Shown here: positions 1 through 13,289 of the stretch, piece after piece
Numbering within the stretch: the first letter of the stretch is position 1
Layout: every line of letters starts with the position of its first letter
NCBI RefSeq assembly: GCF_004010195.1
Contig: NC_057719.1
Location: 80,885,436-80,949,435, forward strand
Direction of reading: 5' to 3'
Source of the DNA: Chiloscyllium plagiosum
Lineage: Eukaryota
DNA length: 64,000 nucleotides
Position numbers and translations under genes: made by a program
Notes under the pieces: model-generated
Told to the model about the DNA's origin: nothing
Databases searched by the model: none
The model's input: the letters and a program-made list of their open reading frames with translations, nothing else

Positions 1-63
1 ATGGGAATACACGCTGTTGCTTCACAAACCAATCATCCAGCCAAATGAGCTAAACCAACCCCC
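1..63 (-). mobile_element. tRNA-like head of a SINE, running off the window edge
   Basis: Reverse strand reads GGTTGGTTTAGCTCATTTGGCTGG, an A-box-like tRNA 5' half; no complete cloverleaf. Confidence 0.4.
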
Positions 64-719
64 TAAAAATAAATCAAAACATAGAACACAAAGGCAGAAA
101 AATACAAAAAAAAAGAGAGAAAGAAAAAATATGTTCTGTGTTGTTAAATGCTCCACCAAGGGCCTAATGGCCAGGCACAAGTCCCCTTCTCTGCACTGCC
201 ACCGCTGGAACAAGGATGACCACTCTTCAGCTCCATTTTCACTGGACCCAGACAATGCAATTGCTACCGACGCCGTCCCAAGCCCAAACTTGACTCCGCT
301 GCCACCACGAGCCCACTTCGGGCCTACCTCATCCATGTGGCTATGGCCAAGGCCTGAATTTGCATCCACCTCCACGAAATCAGCACTGGACACAACAACT
401 GCTGCTGGGAACCCAAACTCGCCTCTGCCGCAGCAGGTACGAGTTGGCTCTAGGACCGCCTCGTCGCTGCTGAAGCACTGGGCTCATTTTGAGTCCAGTA
501 ATACTACAAATGAGATAAATCACCACTGCCCTCAGCTGCACTAAACATTAACCATTGGCGCAATGTGGGAGCTACTAGGTTAGGCTGGAGCGGGACTTGA
601 AGGCGTAAACTTCCGACACAGAAACAAAAAACAGAGCCAAGCTGGCACTGACCTTGTCAAGAGTACATGCTCTTGATCGAGTGAGGTCACCCACTGTACT
701 TGTCACCACCAACTTACAT

Positions 720-1080
720 CATCCTCAAGTCTGCGAAAGCCTCTGTTTTCACATTTTCATCTCGTGTTCAAATCCCTCCCTACTGTCACGTCTCATTATT
801 TCTGCCAGCTCTACGACCCTTTGACTAACCTGCACTCCTTCAATACTGGCCTCTTGTTCATCCCTCTACATTCCAACATTTTCTGCCATTATTTCCATGT
901 CTAGTCATACAGCTCTGAACTTGCCTCGTTAAATCTCTCTGCATCTTTTCCTTTCTCTCTCCTTTGGGACTCTTGGTTTTGATGAAGCATATGATTGCCT
1001 GGCCTTTTATTTTGGCTGTTATTCTCCTGTGAAATACTTTGGAGTGTTTTATGACATTAAAGATGCTATATAAAATAAGA
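720..1080 (+). mobile_element. Old L2-type LINE 3' end remnant
   Basis: Degenerate ...ttttcatctcgtgttcaaatccctcc...ctggcctcttg...taaagatgctatataaa layout resembling L2 3' ends; a similar piece lies at about 45690-45970. Confidence 0.45.
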
Positions 1081-1794
1081 AATTGAGGCAGGAGTAGGCC
1101 ATACAGCTCCTCATGTTTGCCCTGCCATTCAATAGGATTGTGCCTGATCTCTGACCTCAATCCCAGCTTCCCCCCTGTCCCCCAACACCATGACCATAGA
1201 TTTTCATTCCTTAGGGAAATCAGTCTCAGCCTTGAAAATACTCCGTGAATGAGCACCTGTTCTGTATTGTTCGGAGACAGAAAATGACAAAGATTGACCA
1301 CCCCCCCTGAGTAAAATGCAAGTGGTTGCTGTTGCAGTTATAATACTATTATGTTGTATTGCATCTCTACTAATTCAAGGGGCTCCTCTTAAATCTATAA
1401 GGTTGTTGAAGAGGTGAGGAGACTCCAAGAGGTAACTAGCAAATTTGCATTAAGTTGAAGTCAACAATGGGAGATTAAAATGAAATGCAATGCATTTCCT
1501 GACGTAAGTTAATCAAAATTCAATGAATAATATCAGCACATAGCCAACAGTCTACTTTTATAACATTCAGTAGAAGCGAAAATGCAGAACAACTGTCTGT
1601 TTACTGTTCTCCAGCTTCATCGCCCCCTGGAGAGATCAGAAGAACCTTCTGGAACTTGCAGGTCATAACAACTAATAATGATCCCCATTCTTTGCTCTCT
1701 AGTCCTGTTTAAAATGCACTACCCAATTCATAGATCCATTTATCATTTTAAAAACTGCCATCTTTTTCCAAATAAATTTTCTCAAAGGAGGCAG

Positions 1795-1930
1795 CCAGTG
1801 TCAACATCAAGCACTCCTTGCCACGACACAAAGTAAATCTCTGTCTGTACTGTTCCATCAAACACTCCCAAGGCAGACGCAGTATGGGTTAGACACAGAG
1901 GAAAGCTCCCTTAGCATCTCATCAAACACA
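1795..1930 (+). repeat. About 2 units of the 69-bp minisatellite family also found at 41030-41752
   Basis: catcaaacactccca...gggttagacacagaggaaagctccc matches units of the larger array. Confidence 0.7.
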
Positions 1931-2517
1931 TAACAGCAGAGTAGACACATGTCATATTGAGTTCTGAGCACCAACCACTGGTCATTAAACAAGTTATAAA
2001 GTCCAGGAGGTAGGGTGGGGGTTTGGGGAGGGGGGGGGGATGTCTATCACAAAAACAAAAATCGTTTGGGCTAATAAACTTGCACAACCACAAAAGGAAC
2101 ATAAAGATTTAATTTAGATGCCACCTCCACAGCGCAATGATATGCCCCAGCAGGGAAGCCGCCTTTCAGATCGGAGTCTAAATGTCTAATTATCAGTGGT
2201 ACAGCTTGATCACAAGAGTACCTCAGCAAGAAGAGACATTTACCTTACACAACAAAGTGCATTTTTATTTTAAAAAAGGAAGAAAAATCGCATCCTGTTC
2301 AGAGCTGTTGTGATACATCCCTTGAGCAGGTGGGAAGACCCAGACCTTCTAGTTGAGAGGTAGGGATACTATCACTATGCCACAAGTTATACTTTATTGC
2401 CTGACAGCAAAAGGTACAATTAGCATCACCTATAGATATACTCACCATTATCAGGCAGCAAGCTCGTCACATCCATCTCCCTCAAGACCAACTATTTCTT
2501 CACCCAGAGTGTGTGAC

Positions 2518-2823
2518 GGCACGATGGCACAGTGGTTAGCACTCCTGCCTCACAATGCCCCAGGTTCAATTCCAGCCTCGGGAGACTGTCTGTGTAGAGA
2601 TTGCACATTCTCTCCGTGTCTGCGTGGGTTTCCTCCGGATGCTCTGGTTTCCTCTCTCAGTCCAAAGATGTGCAGGTCAGGTGAATTGGCCATGCTAAAT
2701 TGCCCATAGCGTTAGGTACATTAGTCAGAGGAAAATGGGTCTGGGTGGGTTACTCTTCAGAGGGTCGATGTCGATTGGTTGGGCTTAAGGGCCTGTTTCC
2801 ACACTGTAGGGAATCTAATCTAA
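2518..2823 (+). mobile_element. tRNA-derived SINE (HE1/V-SINE type)
   Basis: GGCACGATGGCACAGTGGTTAGCAC A-box, GGTTCAATTCC B-box, conserved body and ATCTA-type tail; about 10 copies in the window. Confidence 0.9.
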
Positions 2824-2944
2824 TTTGACAGAGATTAATGCAACTTCAATGTTAACTCTTTTAGTTACCTTTTACAACAATACAAAAGTGAACCCCTCCC
2901 CACATGATCAAACCGCATCATTTGTAGGAACTGTATAGCAACTC

Positions 2945-3815
2945 TTCAGGGCAATGCCTTGGCCCCACAACCTTCAACTACTTTATCAATGATCTTTCTT
3001 CTCTTGTTCTCTGTTGATTGAGCAGTACCATCCACAACTCCTCACATAATCGTGATCAATGTCCATGGGCAGGAAGGTGTGGAGAAAACTCAGGCATAAC
3101 CAAACAAGTGGTGAGTAACATTCATGCCAGGCAATGATCATCTCTCATAAGCTGGAGGACTTGAGATCAACAATGACCAGAAACTTAACTGGACCGCAAA
3201 TACATACAAGCGTGTGCACAAGAGCAGGTAAAAGACCAGGTATTTCATGGCACCCAAAAAGCCTTTTACCATCCACAAGGTACACATCCAGATTGTGATG
3301 AAATAGTCTCCATTTCCCTGGATGATCATTGTAAAGAAACTGAAGAGGCTCAACAACACAAAGCCTGCTTAACTGGTAACCCATCCACCACCCTGAACAT
3401 TCCCTCTCTCACAGCAATCAGAACACTGTGCCTAGGGTGTACCATCAATAAAATACACTGCAGTGTACCGTCAATAAAATACACTGCAGTGAACTGTCAA
3501 CATTTCTTCAACAACACCTCCCCAGTCCAAGGCCTACCACACATGACAGACAAAGACAGAAGTCCCATGAAAACACCACCACCCGCAAATTCAGCTCCAA
3601 GTCACCGGCCTTCCTGACTTGGAACTACAATCAAAGTTCTTTCATTATTACTGGCTCGAAATCCTGGATATCCCTCCTGAACAGCACTGTGGGCATACCT
3701 GCACCATTAGACCTGCAGCAGTTTAAGAGGTAACTCACTGGCACCACCTTCAAGGCATTTGGGCAATTGGCAATTAATGTTGGCCTCACCAAATGGTGCT
3801 CCAACCCATGAACAG
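2945..3815 (+). mobile_element. Decayed CR1/L2-group LINE 3' part
   Basis: Degenerate RT motif (G.LGP..F..FINDL-like) near 2950-3000; 3' tail gggcaatt...aatgttggcct shared with the second SINE family. Confidence 0.65.
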
Positions 3816-5049
3816 AAATGTTAAAGACAAATTTCCAGGTTAGGTGCAATTTCAGAAATTAAAGATCTTACCAAAAAGATAACAAATAAACATTCCTCAT
3901 TGCAGATATATTGAGCACAAGCCTGACTAAAATTTTAAACCCCCCTCTTCCCAATAAGTAATACAGCCAACATCCATTTCAGCTGTTAAATTTACCTCAT
4001 CCACTTTACAGGAACAAAATATTTTTAGGGGTGATCAAAGCACATCAACACCACTTGGTTCTACAGGACTTTTACATTTGAATGCTGTGCTCTACAAGAT
4101 TTAAGAACAGAGAGATTTATAAATGTTGCAAATTCTATTTGCATAAATTGATGCAAACATTAACAAAGAAAGCTAACTCAGAAAAACAAACGATCAACAT
4201 TCACAACCAACGCACCAGATTATCCAGGAGACAGTCAAGACCGTAACTGTTGATCTTTAGTCAGTCAGATTGCAGAGGTCAGTTGGTGGAGCTCCTGTTG
4301 CCAACTTCCCAGGACCATATGACCCAGATTATCTGACCTTCCAGACCCAAAACAAATCTCCCTTTCCTCCTCATAGCTCCTGAAACTCAGAGGTCCAGCA
4401 GTCTGACTAGATTGCCAGGAGCTGTATGCCTGCCCCAATTCCCAGTCACAATCAGAGACATTAGGTCTCCTATTTGGCTACTGTCACATCACAACTCAAA
4501 GTTCTCAGAGTTCCACCTCTTCTCTTTGCCACTGCCCTCTTACTCTCCTCACAATAGGCTCCTCCCCTGTCCCCAATTTGCCAAAGTCATTGATCCTTGC
4601 ACCGGAAGGTCCCACAGGGGCTGAACAGCATTCCTGCCCAGCAGTCTCCTCCACCATTGCCACCTGCTGGTGGAGGCCCTGCGACCATTGCAGAAGCTTA
4701 AAGACAAGCACAAAATGCTGAAGAAACTCAGCACATCTGGTAGCATCTGCAGAGAGAACAAACAGAGTTAACATTTCGAGTTTAGTGACTTTTTATCAGA
4801 TCTCATACAAGACCATAAGACCATAAGAAATAGGAGCAGAATTAGGCCATTCAGCCCATCGGCTCTGCACCACCATTCGATCATGGCTGATATGTTTCTC
4901 AACACTATAAGTGCCTTCTCCCCTGTGTGAGAGAAAGTGAGGACTGCAGGTACTGGAGAGTCAGAGGCGAAAAGTGGAAAAGCACAGCAGGTCAGGCAGC
5001 ATCTGAGGAGCAGGAGAGTCAACGTCTCAGGCATAAACCCTTTATCAGT

Positions 5050-6480
5050 GTGCTCTATCTAAAGCTGCTTCAGAAAGCCATCTCATAGACATTCCATGAA
5101 GTTGTTTTCTTGAGATTGTGGTTTTCCGAGTCCACCTACATATTGACGATCCCCATGATAATTGTAATAGTGTCTTTCACACACGTCTTTTCAATCTCCT
5201 GATTTATTTTCGTCCCCATATCCTGACTACTGTTCGGCAGTTTGTACACAACTCCTATCATGGCCTCTTTTCTTTTGCAGTTCCTCAACTCTACCCACAC
5301 AGATTCTGACTCTATATCAGTTCACGCTATTCATTCATTTCATTTCTTACTAATAAGGCAACCCCACCCCTTGTGCCCATCTCTTCAATAGGATGTGTAT
5401 TCTTGGATATTTAGCTCTCAGCCCTGATCCCCCTGCTGCCACATCTCAGTGATACCCACAGCACTGTGCCCGTCAATTTCAATCTGCGCTACAACCTCAT
5501 TTACCTTGTTTCACATATTGCATGCAGTTAAGTACAACAGCCTCCGTCCTGCATTAACTGCTACCTTCTCATCATTGAATCCCTACAGTGTGGATGCAGG
5601 ACATTCAGCCCATTGACTCCACACCAATCCTCTGAAGAACATCCAACCCTGTACCCAATAACCCTGCATTTCCCATGGCTAATCCACCCAGTCTGCACAC
5701 TATGGGATAATTTAGCATGGCCAAAACATCTAACTGGCATATTTTTGGGCCATGGGAGAAAACCAGAGCACCCCAAGGATACCCACACAGATGTGGGGAG
5801 AATGTGCAAACTCCACACAGACAGTCGCCCAAGGCTAGAATCAAACCTGTGTCCCTGGCACTGTCAGGCAGCAATGACAAAAGACAATAGGTGCAGGAGT
5901 AGGCCCTTCGAGCCTGCACCACCATTTACCATTGAACTACTGTGCCACCCACAGATACTCCTTCCCTAAGTTGCCCCATGTCTCCTGTGCCTGAAGTTAG
6001 ATTCCTGGCCCTTTTGTATACTTTCTGCCCTATTACTTGTTCTGGAAAATTTAACTTCTGCCAAGCCCTCCCACTTTAACTCCTTCCATAATTTTCCATG
6101 CAACTGAACCCATCTCCTACTGTTTAGTTTAAAGCCCTATCCACAGCCTGAGCTGCACAACTCATCAGGACTCTGGTCCCAGCCTGATTCAGATTGCACC
6201 AATACTGATGCCAGTACCCCATGAATTCAAGCCTGTTTCTGCCACGCCAATCTTTTAGGCACACATTCACACCTTTAATCTTATTGACCCTATGCCAATT
6301 TCCTCAGATATTAATCAAGAGATTGTCAGCTTTTTGGTTCTGCTTTTTAATTTAGCACCTAACTGCTCATATTCCCTCAGCAGAGCCTCGTCTCTTTTTC
6401 TACCAATATTGTTGGTACCTACATGAACCACGACAACTGGGTCTTCCCCTCCCACTTCAAGTTTCTCTGCAGCTGAGATG
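5050..6480 (-). mobile_element. CR1 LINE fragment: ORF1 SGNH-esterase piece plus ORF2 endonuclease N-terminus
   Basis: 6315-6450 gives GEDPVVVVHVGTNNIGRK (CR1 ORF1 esterase motif); about 5540-5400 gives LLYLTA...NKVNEVVAQIE...VGITEMW (APE N-terminus); interrupted by a SINE. Confidence 0.8.
5575..5950 (-). mobile_element. tRNA-derived SINE (HE1/V-SINE type)
   Basis: Reverse-complement similarity to 2518-2823. Confidence 0.85.
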
Positions 6481-6669
6481 CTGATGGTGATTAAAAACAC
6501 TTCAAAATGGATAAGGCTTAGTAGGAGCAGATCAGAATTGAGAAATTCTACTTTTATCAGAAGGATTGAACAGTTTGAAGCTTTTTTCCCCATGGAAACG
6601 TGAAGACTAAGGAGGCATCTGGTCTTAAAATGTATGTACAGTAGATAGTGAGATATTTCCAGTGGTGAA

Positions 6670-6859
6670 AAATATGCTGCTGGAAAAGCACAGCAGGTCA
6701 GGCAGCATCCAAGGAGCAGGAGAATTGCGTTTTGGGCAGAAGCTTATGCCCGAAACGTCGATTCTCCTGCTCCTTGGATGCTACCTGACCTGCTGTGCGT
6801 TTCCAGCAGCACATTTTTCAGCCCTGATCTCCAGCATCTGCAATCCTCACTTTCTCCTG
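6670..6859. mobile_element. Fold-back (hairpin) PLE terminal-repeat insertion with 14-bp TSD
   Basis: Inverted arms tgctggaaaagcacagcaggtcaggcagcatccaagg / ccttggatgctacctgacctgctgtgcgtttccagca; TTTCCAGTGGTGAA at 6656-6669 and 6860-6873. Confidence 0.85.
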
Positions 6860-8389
6860 TTTCCAGTGGTGAACAGGACCATATGCAAAGGTCATAAATA
6901 ACAGGAATTAAATCTAATTAAGAAAAACATTTTCACACTGAGTAATGAGAATATGAAGCTCTACTGTATGATGTGATTGAGTGAAATAGGATAAATGTAA
7001 TTCAGAGGAAACTAGTTAAATACATAGAAGAGAAAGGAATAGATGGAGATGCTGAAGGGTTAAACGAAATAAAATGGCCAACTCCAATGGGGAAGGATGA
7101 GTTTGACTGAGTAATCTGTTCCTGTGCCTAACGTTTTGTTTAATTCTGTGTAATATGACTAGCCCCAGTCATAATGCACAACTGAATGAGTGGCACTGTG
7201 AGCAATACATTGACCTAGACAAGTACACAGTAACACGAAGAGCAGGATACTGGTTGTCAAGCAGAATGTACCCAGCTCTGGAAAAAGTGTCCAGGATTGC
7301 CTGATTTTCACTCAGGGCAGGAGGTTAAGGTAGTGGGAGCAGGTGAGCTGAGTGGGTGCTGAATAGAGTACGTCTTCCCATCCCCATCTCAAATCAAAGG
7401 TGGCCATATGAGTCACAGAGTGTTGAGGCAAGTTGCACCTCAATTCTCTGAAGCTTATCTCAGTTGTATTATTAAAAATGTTAGGCCCCAAATCTCACAC
7501 TCACGCCCCATGCACTGTGCATGCCAACTCTTGCCTCCTGCTCACTGTCATGATCCCTATAGCTCTCCCTTAGCTGCAACCACATCTTTTGCACTTACAT
7601 CATCCTTGCCAATTCATCAATAATTATCATAGGCATTTCTTATTAACCATGTTGAGTTAAAATAAAATTCTGAATATCTATTATAGATTTCTACATCATA
7701 AGAAAACTCTAGTTCATCAAAGCTCATTCCAAACTTTAGAATATCCTCAAGTACTTAATCCCTGATTAAAATAGATTGTATTTATTTATAAGTTCATATC
7801 AAAGTGCCTATCTTTTAATAACCTCTTTAACATGTCAATCAAACTTTGAACCTACAGTATCCCAATTGCAATAATACTAAGTTATGGAAACCAGTCAACA
7901 ATTAATAACAATATAATGATAGTCCTACTGCGAGATCTTGTGATATAATGATAGTATCCCTTTAGACTAGCAAGTTCAAGTTCATGTTATATCTGCACTG
8001 GAGGTGGACAATAACATGTTGGAACAGGTTGATTAAAAAAAGAAATTATCACCCTCAGTATAATTTCAAACATGTTTGTAAATGATTTAATTTTAAATCA
8101 CATTTACACAGGTGGGCCACTTTTAAAGAAAATTAAATGCTGGGATTTAAATAATTTTGTGGCTTAAGCATTTTTAACCCCTTGCTGACACAGACAGACA
8201 ATCTTTTGAGACACATTTTTATTATGAATGGGATTTATATGAATTAATAGCTTGACAGTCCTATATTCCTTATCTACCCTTCATTAACCAGTATATTTCC
8301 TCCTTAAATGAGTTAACTCCAACATCGTGGGTAAAAGCAGCAAAAATGTTTGTGCTCATCCTCCTTTCCCTTACTGGTAATAGTTCATA

Positions 8390-8660
8390 GAATCCCTACA
8401 GTGTGGAAGCAGACCATTCAGCCCATCCCTATCACCCTGCATTTCCCATGGATAATTGTCCTAACCTGCACACTGTGGGCAATTTAGCATGGGCCATGCA
8501 GCTAACCTGCACATTTTCAGACTGTGGGAGGAAACCAGAGCAAACCCACACAGACACAGGGAAAACATGCAAACTCCACAACAGTCCACCTAGGCTGGAA
8601 TCAAACCTGGGTCCCTGGCGCTATGAGGCAGCAGGGCTCGCCACTGAGCCACCATGCCAC
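8390..8660 (-). mobile_element. tRNA-derived SINE (HE1/V-SINE type)
   Basis: Reverse-complement similarity to 2518-2823. Confidence 0.85.
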
Positions 8661-10459
8661 AATTGGATCTGTTGGAAATGGGGGAAAGACTTCAAGATCC
8701 AGATTCTGCCCAGCTTTTGAAAATCCGCAGAGTCTTCCTGAACCCACAAGAAGCTCGCCCTGTGTGACCTCTCGACCCAGGTGGCAGTCTCTGGATGGCC
8801 TAACATGGTGGTCTCTTGGCAGCCTGGAGTGGCAGTCTCTCGGTGTGGCCTCAGTCTCGAGTTGATTCAAGAGTGGTCTTCCTGCTTCAAGATCCCCGGG
8901 GAGAAGCCTAATGTGGACTGGAGTCAAGGCCTGGCATGGACTAGAGGCAAGTGGCTGGCATGGTCTGGGTTGGAAGGACTGGTATTCTGAATTATGTTTA
9001 TTTCTCTAATTTATTCCTATGACCTATAATGCTGGACCGTTTATTTCTTTATTTTTCTCAATTTTTTTTTGTCCCGAGGTACCTTTGTACCCGAGATGGT
9101 GCTGTAAGTGACGACTTGTAAACATTTTGTGTACTCATTTGCGAACACATGACAATAAAGCTAATTCTACCATTCTAACTTTTCATCAGGAAGAATGCGA
9201 TGCAAACATAATCCAGCACAGATGTCGGTGCCCAAACACTGAGAGCTGGAGGCAATGAGAAGGTTTTTTGCAGTGCTGTGAACCATATTGTTTTCAACCA
9301 GCTTAATTATAAGTCCTGAATGTCATAAATCAGGCAAAAATGTTTTGTTACTTACCTAGCCTTGACAGGCTACTTGATAATTATTGTTGTATTGATTTAA
9401 CTACGCACCACAAAGAGTCTGAAATCCAGATGGAGTGGCATGTTTATTATGACAAATAAATGCCAGCTGTGACTTGGCAGTGACCCACCAACAAAATTCA
9501 CACAGTCAACAAAGCTTGAGTTACAGAACTTGATTTACTGGAAACAAAAGGCTCATTTAACTACGGGAGATTAATATTACGTTCATTATCTTGAACTGCT
9601 GCAGCCTACATTGCTAATTCTCTCTTTAACTCGTACAATCCTCAGCAACTCTTCACTCTCGCACATTTGTTGGCATACGCATGCCAACAAATTGTAATAG
9701 CGCTGGATATGAACGGTGCTGGTAATTCTGGGAGTTAGGAAATGATGCTGGATGTACCTCAGCATCCAGAGCAGTCAAGAAAGAACTCTATGTAAACCTC
9801 CTCTTGTTAAATTCATTCTCAGGGTGTGGACAGGATTTATTGCTTATCTCCATTTTGCCTTCCAAAAGTCGAGGGTGTGCCTTCCTCGCAGTCCGTCAGT
9901 CGGAGAATATAGAGCTAGGTCAAAAGATTACAACCTGACTGTTCAGGAGGTGAAATTAGGAAAAATGTTTCTGTTGCATCAAAGGGGTAATGGTTTAGAA
10001 CTCTCTTCTGCAAACAGGAGCTAATACTAGATCAATTGTTAACTTTAATTCTGTGATTGGTATGTTCTGATAGCCACAGATATTAAAAGGAATATGTGGC
10101 GAAAGTAGGTATATGGAGTTAAGTCACAGATCAGTTACGGTTTTACTGAAAGGCAGAGCAAGCACAGAGGTTCAATAACCGACAACTATTCCGCATTTCA
10201 ATGGTTCAGTTGAAGCCTAAAATAGAGAGCACTCAATCCAAAACCTTCATTGTCCATTGCCTCCAACAATACTGCATCATGGCTGTGGTGTGTATTATTT
10301 ATAGAATGCACCTCCACAGTTGGCGAGATTCCATCAGTACCACATCTTAAAGCCCTAGTGTTCTACAGTGAGAATGACAAGAATATTGATAAGGATAACA
10401 ATAGTCTGGAGGCAATGGCTTAATGATGTTAACGTTGGATTGTTAATCCAGGTGTTTCA

Positions 10460-11290
10460 AACAACGTGCTTTTCCTCCCTCTGTCATCCAGACAGCCCTC
10501 CACTGCACCACCTCCATCCCCATTCCACTGCTCTAAACCACCCCACTCCACACACAATAAAGATAGAGTTCCCCCTTGTCCTCACCCAACACCTCACTAG
10601 TCTCCACAACCCACACATCATCCTGAAACAGAGGTTACCAGTACACCACCCCCCTCACCTCCATCCCAGGGCCTCAAACAGTCCTTCCAGGTGAGACAGA
10701 GGTTCACCTGCCTCTCTTCCAACCTGGTTTACTGCATCAGGTGCTTCCAATGTGGTCTTCTGTACATTGGGGAGACCAAATGTAAACTTAGGGAACGGTT
10801 CACTGAACATCTCAGCCAGGTCCACAGGGGCTGACCGGACCCCTCCAGTCACCACCCATTTTAATTCTCCTTCCCACTCCCTTTTGGACATGACCATCCT
10901 TAGCCCCCTCTATTGCCACAATGTACCCAGCTAGAGGAACAACACCTCATCTTCTGCCTGGGCAGCCTACAGTCCAGAGGACTCAACGTTGAGTTCTCCA
11001 ATTTCAAATAACCTCCCTTCCCTTCCCCTGACTCCCTTCCCAGCCCCTCCTCCTCCCTTCCACTCCTCTCAACCACCAACTGGATCCATTCCTCCCATTG
11101 ACCAATCAGGGCGTACCCTCTACCTGTCTTCACCAATCCCCACTTCACTACCCTGCCCCCGCCACCCCCTTTATCTGCATCTCCCCTTACACCCATCCCC
11201 CAGTCCTGAAGAAGGGTTACACCCAAAACATTGACTTCTTCACCTTCTGATGCTGCCTGGCTTGCTGTGTTCTTCCAGCCTCCTGCCTGT
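10460..11290 (+). mobile_element. Penelope-like element 3' part: GIY-YIG endonuclease plus terminal repeat
   Basis: From about 10690: QVRQRFTCLSSNLVYCIRCFQCGLLYIGETKCKLRERFTEHL ... EEQHLIFCLGSLQSRGLNVEFSNFK*; decayed hammerhead motif at 11202-11236. Confidence 0.9.
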
Positions 11291-11296
11291 CTAATT

Positions 11297-11565
11297 CGGA
11301 GACCCAGGCAATGTCCCAGGGATCCAGGTTCAAATCCTACCATGTCAGAAGGTGGAATTTGAATCAAATAAACATCTGGAATTAGAAATCTAATGATGAA
11401 TTAATTGCCAATTGGCAGGAAAAACCCATCTAGTTTATTAATGTCCTTTTGAGAAGGAAACCGCTGATCTGGCCTACATGTGACTCTTAACTGCCCACAG
11501 GGTAATTAGGCATGGACAATAAATGCTGACCAAGCCAGAGAGGCCCACATCGCATGAGTGATTTT
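11297..11565 (+). mobile_element. Second tRNA-derived SINE family sharing a LINE 3' tail
   Basis: GGTTCAAATCC B-box; tail gggtaattaggcatggacaataaatgctg resembles the LINE tail near 3760; minus-strand copies near 15755-16060, 53010-53670 and 44705-44820. Confidence 0.7.
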
Positions 11566-13289
11566 TAAAAAAGTAAGCTGGGAGCACTAGCACCTCTGTG
11601 TTCCCCTTCAAGAGACAAAAACATCCAAGTTTGACTGACATTGTCTTACCTCCATTGTCACTGGGTCAAAATCCTGCAACCCAATCCCCAGAAACCAAGA
11701 GAATCTTCACTGATTGGACCAAAAAGTTACTTCTTCACTAAACCTTCTCAAGAGCAACTAGGGCATGCATAATTGTTGGCAACCTCACCCATTATGATCT
11801 ACCTGAGAGAGCAGATAGGTCCTTGGTTTAACATCTCATCTAAAAGACAATGTCTTTGACAACATCACTCTCATTTAATGGAGATGCCCACCAGCCATGA
11901 AGATCCCAAAGTCTCCTCATTTAGGGAAGAACCGCTGGAAAGAGGGACACCTGATGGAGCAGCGATCTCCATCCTCCTTAATTGGGGTGGTGACAGAGAG
12001 CCCTCATGACACTTGACTGTCCAATTAGATGCCTGCATGCACCAAACCTGTCACAGGCAGAAGGTTGAATCATCCTGGGTTATAAACTGAAACTTGCAGA
12101 ATGCAAGTTGAGCCCACAACTTTGTGACTCAGAGTGGGCGGGTTCTTACACAGCCCACATGCAGCATTGACCAGACCGCCATTTGCCATAGAAAACCTGC
12201 AGGATCTATAACAGCTGCCTAACACTGTAACCACTTTGACAACAGGGACAGCTCTGTCAGCAACAGCTTTAAGGGTTTCAATGTGATTAAGTCATTCCGG
12301 GCTACAGTGAGGAATGCTTTACCAGATCTGCAACACTCCAGTGCACAGTTGTATCAGACAATCATCGTTTGCAGCCAACACATGAATTGTTTGTGCCAGC
12401 GAGGATTTGAATTGTTTCACTGCTGCGGAGCCAACTTTATCTAATGGAGCTTCATCCACTCTCCCAATATCAAAATAATTGGATGTTGCAGATCTTTTGG
12501 TCATTGTTTTATAAAGTTACGCTTCTGGAGTGGAAAACATGCTTAAGACGTTGAGTGGGAGGGGGGCAGAAATGTCAGGAACATGCAGAATTGTCGCTTT
12601 AACATCAAATGAGAGGGATAACCTATTTGTCATCTGAGACAGAGTCAGTGAGTACTCAGATAAGTGTGGGCTGATCAAAGAGAGTATATTCATGAAGAAT
12701 AACTCAGGTCTGAGTAATCTAGCTGAATTATTTTTCAGGAGGATTATTACAGTAATGAATTAGAGAATCTATATGGCTGTTTTCCATATGGGCTTGATAA
12801 AAGTTCCACCAAGGATATTAGCAACAAAAAATAAAGCACACCAAATAAAACCAGAAAGTGCTGGTGAAAATCAGCAGTTCTGGCAGCATCTGTGGAGAGA
12901 GAAACAGAGTTAACACTTGAAAGCCAATATAATCCTTCTTCAGAACTGAAAGTTACAAAGAACTATATCAGTCTCAAAACTTTAGTTCTATTTTTTAAAT
13001 TCACTTGTTGGACGTGGGCCATCATTTCTAGTTGCCCTCGAGAAACTGATGGTGAGCTGCCCTCTCGAAGCACTGCAGTCCATGTGTTGTAGGTTGACCC
13101 ACCAAGCCCTTAGGGAGGGAGTTCTAGGATTTTCAACCAACAACTGTAAAGGCATGGCAATACATTTCCAAGTCAAGAGAGCGAATGGCTTCAAAGGAAC
13201 CCACAGGTGGTGGTGGTGTTCCCGTGGATGTGCTGCCCTTGTCCTTCTAGGTAGAAATGATTGTGGATTTGGGAAGGCGCTGTCTAAAG

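Noticed and set aside
17..544. 175-aa plus-strand ORF and overlapping 123-aa minus-strand ORF
   Set aside because: Non-ATG start on the plus strand, low-complexity A-rich stretch, no recognisable domain or splice structure.
2518..2580. tRNA gene
   Set aside because: A and B boxes run into a SINE body with no cloverleaf end; the same holds for the tRNA-like heads near 2310-2386, 7935-8035 and 21015-21107.
3437..3491. 26-bp tandem duplication (also a 17-bp one near 43268-43300)
   Set aside because: Ordinary slippage-type duplication.
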